Source: an uncultured Gammaproteobacteria bacterium (lineage in GTDB: Bacteria; Pseudomonadota; Gammaproteobacteria; JABCZS01). From it: 64,000 nucleotides of DNA. Positions 54,998-64,000 of the stretch are shown one piece after another. Location of the stretch: positions 1,088,001 through 1,152,000 of the forward strand of contig CAWKDC010000001.1 of assembly GCA_963848305.1 (NCBI GenBank), given 5' to 3'. Numbering within the stretch: position 1 is the stretch's first letter; every line of letters begins with the position of its first letter. Position numbers and translations under genes: made by a program. A model generated the notes under the pieces. It did no database searches, was not told the DNA's origin, and was given only the letters and a program-made list of their open reading frames with translations.

Positions 54998-56390
54998 ATG
55001 TCTAGCACACTGTCACTGTGGCATCAGTGCTTACAGTTTTTGGAAGATAAGCTGACGCCAACAGATTACCACACATGGATTTTCCCCCTTCAAGCAGAAA
55101 TGCTTGAGGAAGGGTTGTGTTTGTTTGCGCCTAACCGTTTTATCTGTGGTTATGTTGAAGATAATTATTTGGCTTTGATCAAGTCTTGTCTACAGCAATG
55201 TTCCCCTCATCAAACACCGCATGTGGTGTTGAAAATGGGCAGGAAATCAGGCAGCACGGCCACCGCGGCGGCCAATGCGCAAGCGGAAGCATCAGCTCCT
55301 GCTCCTTCTGCCGGCCCAACTCAACACACCGACGAAATCTTCTCGAGCGCCTTTAATCACTTTTTCTCAGTCCGGGAATTTGAATAAAGAATTCACCTTT
55401 GATACCTTTGTGGAAGGAAAGTCTAACCAACTGGGTCGTGCGGCATCGATTCAGGTCGCTGAAAACCCTGGAACCGTTTACAATCCGCTCTTCATTTATG
55501 GGGGGGTGGGTTTGGGCAAAACCCATTTGATGCATGCCATTGGTAACATGATTTTAGAACGCCAGCCCGATGCTAAAGTCCTTTACATCCACTCCGAGCG
55601 GTTTGTAGCAGACATGGTGAAGGCGTTACAGAATAACCAAATTGGTGAATTCAAAGATTATTATCGCTCACGCACTGTACTGATGGTGGACGATATTCAG
55701 TTTTTTGCTGGAAAAGAGCGTTCCCAAGAAGAATTATTTCATACCTTGAACGCACTTCTTGAAGGCCATCAACAGTTGATCATCGCGAGTGATCGTTACC
55801 CTAAAGAAATCACAGGGCTCGAAGAGCGTTTGAAATCCCGTTTTGGCTGGGGCCTGACGGTGGCCGTTGAACCGCCAGAGCTTGAGACCCGCGTAGCCAT
55901 TTTGATGAGTAAGTCTCAGCTCATGGGCATTGCCCTCTCCTATGACGTTGCTTTCTTCATTGCCAAACGTGTCCGTGCTAACGTCCGTGAGCTTGAAGGA
56001 GCATTAAAACGCGTGATGGCCAATGCACGCTTTACCGGGAAAGAGATCACCATTGAATTTGTCAAAGAATCCTTGAAGGATTTACTGGCGTTACAAGACA
56101 AGCTCGTCACCATTGAAAATATCCAGAAAACAGTGGCCGAGTACTTCAACATTAAAGTAGCGGATTTGCTCTCCAAGCGTCGCTCGCGCTCTGTTGCTCG
56201 CCCCCGTCAGTTGGCAATGGCGCTTGCCAAAGAGCTGACGAACCATAGTTTGCCAGAAGTTGGCGATGCATTTGGCGGCCGGGATCACACCACTGTGTTG
56301 CATGCTTGCAGAACCATCAAAGCCATGTTGGAAACGGATTCCCATATCCAAGAAGATTGGACTGATTTGGTTCGAATATTATCTTCTTAA
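54998..56390 (+). CDS. dnaA: Replication initiator DnaA, one frameshift in domain II linker
   Basis: Domain I ([16 protein letters not shown]) in one frame; [17 protein letters not shown]...RDHTTVLHA in another; span is 3n+1. Confidence 0.95.
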
Positions 56391-56414
56391 AATCGTCGAA
56401 TATCGGAGAACGTC

Positions 56415-57527
56415 ATGAAATTTACGATAAAATGCGAAAGCTTTCTCAGGCTGGTTCAACAGGTCTCTGGTGTTGCTGAAAAGAAACAAAACCTTCCTAT
56501 TCTTTCAAATGTCCTGATCTGCGTCGAAAATGCACAAATTTCGTTGACTGCCTCCGATCTTGAAATCGAATTAACAGCTAAAGACACACTGCAAGGCGAT
56601 TGTATCACGGGTGAGATCACAGCACCCGGGAGAAAGATTTTAGATATTTGCAGAAATTTACCGGAGAACGACGATATTCATTGTGAAGTTCGTTCGGATC
56701 GGCTTATTTTGCAGAGCGGTCGCTCAAAGTTTGAGCTTGCCACGCTACCAGCAGCGGATTTCCCCGCTATTCAGCGAGGATCGGCGAAGATATCGGCGCG
56801 TTTTCCACAGAATATTTTGCGACAATTGATAATGTCCACGCGTTTTGCCATGGCTAATAATGATTCCCGTTATTATCTTAATGGCATGCTGTTCGAAACA
56901 GATCAAGGAAAATTAAAGCTGATCGCGACAGATGGGCACAGATTAGCCGTCAATGAGTCAACAGAAGCCTTTTTTCCGCTCAGCCCCGCTATGCATGTCA
57001 TTGTTCCCCGTAAAGCGATCATGGAATTGCTTCCTTTACTGAATGATTCGCCTGACTGGGTTGATATTCAGGTTGATGATAACATCCTCAAAGTGACTTC
57101 TGCACGTCATGAATTTATCACAAAACTCATTGAGGGGCGTTTCCCGGACTATAAGCGAGTTATTCCCCCTCCAGCCACCATGGTTTTAGGGCTAGACCGG
57201 GAAGAATTAAAACAAGGTTTGCTGCGTGCTGCGACATTATCCAACGAAAAGAACCGCGGCGTTCGTCTTCAATTGGGTACCGATTTGCTTCGAATTGTTG
57301 CGAACAACCCTGAACAGGAGCAATCCGAAGCTGCCCTGCCCTTGCCTTATCAGGGTGCCCCACTCGAGATTGGATTCAATGCCACTTATTTGGTTGATGT
57401 ATTGAATGCTCTTCCTGCTGGCGCTGTGTCTGTTAAACTGATTGATCCCAGTTGTTCTGCTGTGATCACTGGTCAGGAAACGCCCGGGGTAGCTCATTTT
57501 CACGTCGTGATGCCTTTGCGTTTATAA
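56415..57527 (+). CDS. dnaN: DNA polymerase III beta clamp
   Basis: LPILSNVL, RYYLNGM, ATDGHRLA, GRFPDY, VVMPLRL. Confidence 0.97.
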   Translation: MKFTIKCESFLRLVQQVSGVAEKKQNLPILSNVLICVENAQISLTASDLEIELTAKDTLQGDCITGEITAPGRKILDICRNLPENDDIHCEVRSDRLILQSGRSKFELATLPAADFPAIQRGSAKISARFPQNILRQLIMSTRFAMANNDSRYYLNGMLFETDQGKLKLIATDGHRLAVNESTEAFFPLSPAMHVIVPRKAIMELLPLLNDSPDWVDIQVDDNILKVTSARHEFITKLIEGRFPDYKRVIPPPATMVLGLDREELKQGLLRAATLSNEKNRGVRLQLGTDLLRIVANNPEQEQSEAALPLPYQGAPLEIGFNATYLVDVLNALPAGAVSVKLIDPSCSAVITGQETPGVAHFHVVMPLRL

Positions 57528-57530
57528 CCA

Positions 57531-57546
57531 GGTTCCACGTGGAACA
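57531..57546. promoter_or_regulatory. parS site (dnaN-recF intergenic)
   Basis: GGTTCCACGTGGAACA. Confidence 0.9.
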
Positions 57547-57567
57547 CCTATTGATTGGAAAGAAATA

Positions 57568-61157
<3,590 letters not shown>

Positions 61158-61186
61158 TGTGTTTTGCAGATGCCCCTGTGGCGCAT

Positions 61187-61209
61187 GGGCGGGAGTGCCC
61201 GCCCCTACC
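61187..61209 (-). repeat. GTAG-type REP element
   Basis: GGTAGGGGCGGGCACTCCCGCCC between convergent gyrB and cytochrome b genes. Confidence 0.8.
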
Positions 61210-61210
61210 A

Positions 61211-61735
61211 TTACAACATCCTTTTCAACACATCTTTCTTATCATAATACCGATGTTTGATCACAGCCAAAACATGTAACACGATCATGCCCAATAATGT
61301 AAAGGCAAAAATCTTATGCAATTCTTTGAACAACGCAGAGGTTGCGTCGCTTTTTGGAATAATGCTGGGGAATGTAAACCATCCAAAGAATGAAACGCCT
61401 TTGCTTTGCATGAAAGTGGACGACATGATATAACCGCACACAGGCACAATGATCAATAGCAGATACATGAAGCGATGCGATGCCACCGCCGCTTTATGCT
61501 CAAAATGTGACAAACCTGGTACAGGTGGCGGCAGTGCACTTTGCGAGCGCAGTGCAACCCGTAAAAAAACCAACCCTAAAATAACCATGCCGAAAGATTT
61601 GTGCCAAAAATACCAGTCATATTTGTGCGGGGCATCGCCGGGTAATCCTGCCATGTAAATGCCGACACCCAGCAAACATAATACTATCACTGACATCGTC
61701 CAGTGAAATGCGCGCATTGTTAAAGAGTATTTCAT
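61211..61735 (-). CDS. Cytochrome b561 family protein
   Basis: FHW, HKSFG, H..MY, HK, LHV..VIKH, DVLKRML. Confidence 0.9.
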   Translation of the reverse strand: MKYSLTMRAFHWTMSVIVLCLLGVGIYMAGLPGDAPHKYDWYFWHKSFGMVILGLVFLRVALRSQSALPPPVPGLSHFEHKAAVASHRFMYLLLIIVPVCGYIMSSTFMQSKGVSFFGWFTFPSIIPKSDATSALFKELHKIFAFTLLGMIVLHVLAVIKHRYYDKKDVLKRML

Positions 61736-61793
61736 GATATCCTCCCATCATATAGACTAGTGTAACTTATTTCGTGTGAAATTTTAAGGATCT

Positions 61794-62360
61794 TTGATGC
61801 TGTTGTCGACATATATTGATACCCCTCTCGGTAGTATGTTTGCCGTTGCGGATCCTTATCGCTTGCACCTGTTAGATTTTGAAGACAGCAAAAGTTTATC
61901 GCGAGAAGTAAGGCGGCTGCATGCTATCCATCAAGCGATCGTGCCCGGGATCAACGCGCCACTCCAACAGATTCAACAAGAACTGAAGGATTATTTTGAA
62001 GGCCATATCGACGTTTTTCAAACGCCATTCACCCTGACAGGAACTGTTTTCCAACAATCAGTCTGGATCGCATTGCAGCAGATCCCTTACGGGGAAACTT
62101 GCTCATATAAGGTATTAGCAGACAAGATAGGCAAGCCTGGTGCGTACCGCGCAGTTGCCAATGCCAATGGGGCCAATGCGCTTGCCATCATCATCCCCTG
62201 CCACCGAGTTATTCAGCGCGATGGGCAATTAGGAGGGTACGATAGTGGGGTTGAGCGGAAATCCTGGCTTATTGCCCACGAGCATCGTCACGTGAATGGA
62301 CGGCAATCGCGGATAACACGGCCTCGCGCTGTGGCGGAGAGAGTGGCTGCTTGGGATTGA
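61794..62360 (+). CDS. ogt: Methylated-DNA-protein-cysteine methyltransferase
   Basis: GTVFQ..VW, IPYGET.SY, IPCHRV. Confidence 0.93.
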   Translation: MMLLSTYIDTPLGSMFAVADPYRLHLLDFEDSKSLSREVRRLHAIHQAIVPGINAPLQQIQQELKDYFEGHIDVFQTPFTLTGTVFQQSVWIALQQIPYGETCSYKVLADKIGKPGAYRAVANANGANALAIIIPCHRVIQRDGQLGGYDSGVERKSWLIAHEHRHVNGRQSRITRPRAVAERVAAWD

Positions 62361-62628
62361 GCATCGCGTTAAAAAACAGGGTGGCCTTCTGATCGGCCGG
62401 TAACTCTGTTTCCGCAATGGCTTTGATCAAGTTCTCAAGCGCCCTTTCGCAGCGCCAGGTTTTGCCCTGCTGGACGACTCCGGCACGGATAATATCCCCA
62501 AAATGGACATAACCCCACATGGCCAGGAGTTGTTTGACGCCCTCAGCGGATACGTCAAGTCCGTGAATAGATTGGATCTGGCGTGTCAGCTCGTTCAACA
62601 GCCCTTCTTGTTCGATTGTCAGTGGCAT
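62269..62628 (-). CDS. Hypothetical protein
   Basis: AAGGA RBS before MPLTIEQE, 119 aa, overlaps ogt 3' end. Confidence 0.55.
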   Translation of the reverse strand: MPLTIEQEGLLNELTRQIQSIHGLDVSAEGVKQLLAMWGYVHFGDIIRAGVVQQGKTWRCERALENLIKAIAETELPADQKATLFFNAMLNPKQPLSPPQREAVLSAIAVHSRDDARGQ

Positions 62629-62752
62629 GAGATATTCCTTTAAAAGCCCTAATTTTACCAGTATAGCCAATCTTGGTGGGTTGACGATAGGGGTTTGTTT
62701 GTGGCACAGTAGCATGATTAGAAGTTTGAATTCCAGCACGAGCGGTCTTAGC

Positions 62753-64000
62753 ATGGCAATAAACACAGAATTTCCGATCAGCCAAATGGCGCTGTTAGCC
62801 CCTAAAGACGCGCTTGAAAAAGCGCTCATGCGCCAACAAAAAACCAAACGGTTAAATCATAATTTTTGGGGTTATGACTTTTCAAGTGTGCATGCGGAGA
62901 ATTCACTGGTTTACAGCCACGAATGGGGATCAAAATTAGCCGTGAATTATTGGTTGAGGGTGCTCCGGATACGCACGGAATACCCTGTATTTCAATTGCC
63001 GGAACATTTGACGACGCAAAAGGCATCAGCAAATATCACGCAAAAACAAACTCGCTTATTGTTTAAGAACGGCAACAATATTTATTTTATGGACATGGAT
63101 ACGATCAGCGATGAAGAACTTAAAGACATATTGAATGAGTACTTGATTGCTTTTTTTAAACGTCCTTTGCTGGTTTATTTGCGTGAACAACAAATTGATA
63201 AGATAGATATTGACGCATTTGATAAAAAAATAGCACAATTGTTGACTTCATCTGTGAAAGAGCAAGACGTTTTATGCCAGATATTATTTTCGAAAAATGA
63301 CACTCCTTTTTTAAAAGGAAGAATCCAGGATCTCAATGAAATTCGCAAGAAAAAAGCTAAAATAGACAAGATGAGCAGAAATGAGTTGCTTCAAACGTTG
63401 AATGAATCCATGGAGGCAGAGAACATCAGCAAAGCCTGGACCACCCAGGACATTATTGACAAGGTAGAAAGTCCCAACATCAAACTTGTTTGGACCATCT
63501 TTTTATTATTGTCTGATTTAACGATGTACAATTCGATTGATCAAATCAATATCGAGGGATTTCCTGCGCTACTTCCCTATTTGCATGCCGTGTTGTCGAT
63601 CAGTTTTACCGTATACTGTTTTATAAATTGGTATGCCACACATCAAGATGCGCAGTACAAAAAATATCATGGCCAAAAGACCTGTTTAGATGCATCGAAT
63701 GATAGCTATCTTATTCGGATGGAAGCACACGTGCTAGCATTGCAAGTCGGGGTGTTGTCCCTGTGTGCTTATCTTTTGATGACAGAAGATTTGGGATTGT
63801 CTCCCCCCGAGCCGGATTGGCAATGGGGCGTCACTTCTGCAGCGGTGAGCAGTGTCGCTGTCACGAGTGCGACCTATCTTGTGAACCGTTTTCATGCAAA
63901 AGATAATAAATTCAATTCGCTACATTACCTTGCTACGTTTTTGATCAGCGGGGGCGCAGGAGCCTGTTTTGGCATGTCAACCACCATGGCGCATTTAGAT
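62753..64000 (+). CDS. Hypothetical membrane protein, runs off window end
   Basis: Manually read open frame MAINTEFP...TTMAHLD with no stop; several hydrophobic segments after about 63480; alternative in-frame ATG at 62714. Confidence 0.7.
   Translation, partial: MAINTEFPISQMALLAPKDALEKALMRQQKTKRLNHNFWGYDFSSVHAENSLVYSHEWGSKLAVNYWLRVLRIRTEYPVFQLPEHLTTQKASANITQKQTRLLFKNGNNIYFMDMDTISDEELKDILNEYLIAFFKRPLLVYLREQQIDKIDIDAFDKKIAQLLTSSVKEQDVLCQILFSKNDTPFLKGRIQDLNEIRKKKAKIDKMSRNELLQTLNESMEAENISKAWTTQDIIDKVESPNIKLVWTIFLLLSDLTMYNSIDQINIEGFPALLPYLHAVLSISFTVYCFINWYATHQDAQYKKYHGQKTCLDASNDSYLIRMEAHVLALQVGVLSLCAYLLMTEDLGLSPPEPDWQWGVTSAAVSSVAVTSATYLVNRFHAKDNKFNSLHYLATFLISGGAGACFGMSTTMAHLD

Overview
Origin-proximal chromosome segment of a gammaproteobacterium; gene content suggests a Legionellales/Coxiella/Berkiella-like, host-associated lineage (inference). 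The core scaffold is udk-rpoH-ftsXEY-M16 peptidases-rsmD, tgt, rsmJ, ubiK-yifB, glmSU, the atp operon, parBA-rsmG-mnmG-mnmE-yidC-yidD-rnpA-rpmH, a putative oriC at about 51.9-52.4 kb, and dnaA-dnaN-recF-gyrB with three parS sites. Many junctions of this scaffold carry accessory genes: an AbiE toxin-antitoxin pair, two paralogous exported proteins, a complete IS with 17-bp IRs and a 9-bp TSD whose transposase has an extra ~88-aa segment, an 8.5-kb atpC-glmU block (M4 protease, DctA, Cys-rich secreted peptide plus CD39-like NTPDase, MFS, yefM-yoeB remnant, effector-like gene, IS5 remnant), AAA/DUF4143-type genes and remnants, crcB-DUF190 and brnQ. A GTAG-type REP family is dispersed through the window and its GTAG supplies the TAG stop of six genes. 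Frameshifts in atpA/G/D, dnaA, mnmE, mnmG and dctA are most likely sequencing errors. No tRNA, rRNA or CRISPR array was seen. All family calls are from motif recognition only, without database searches.
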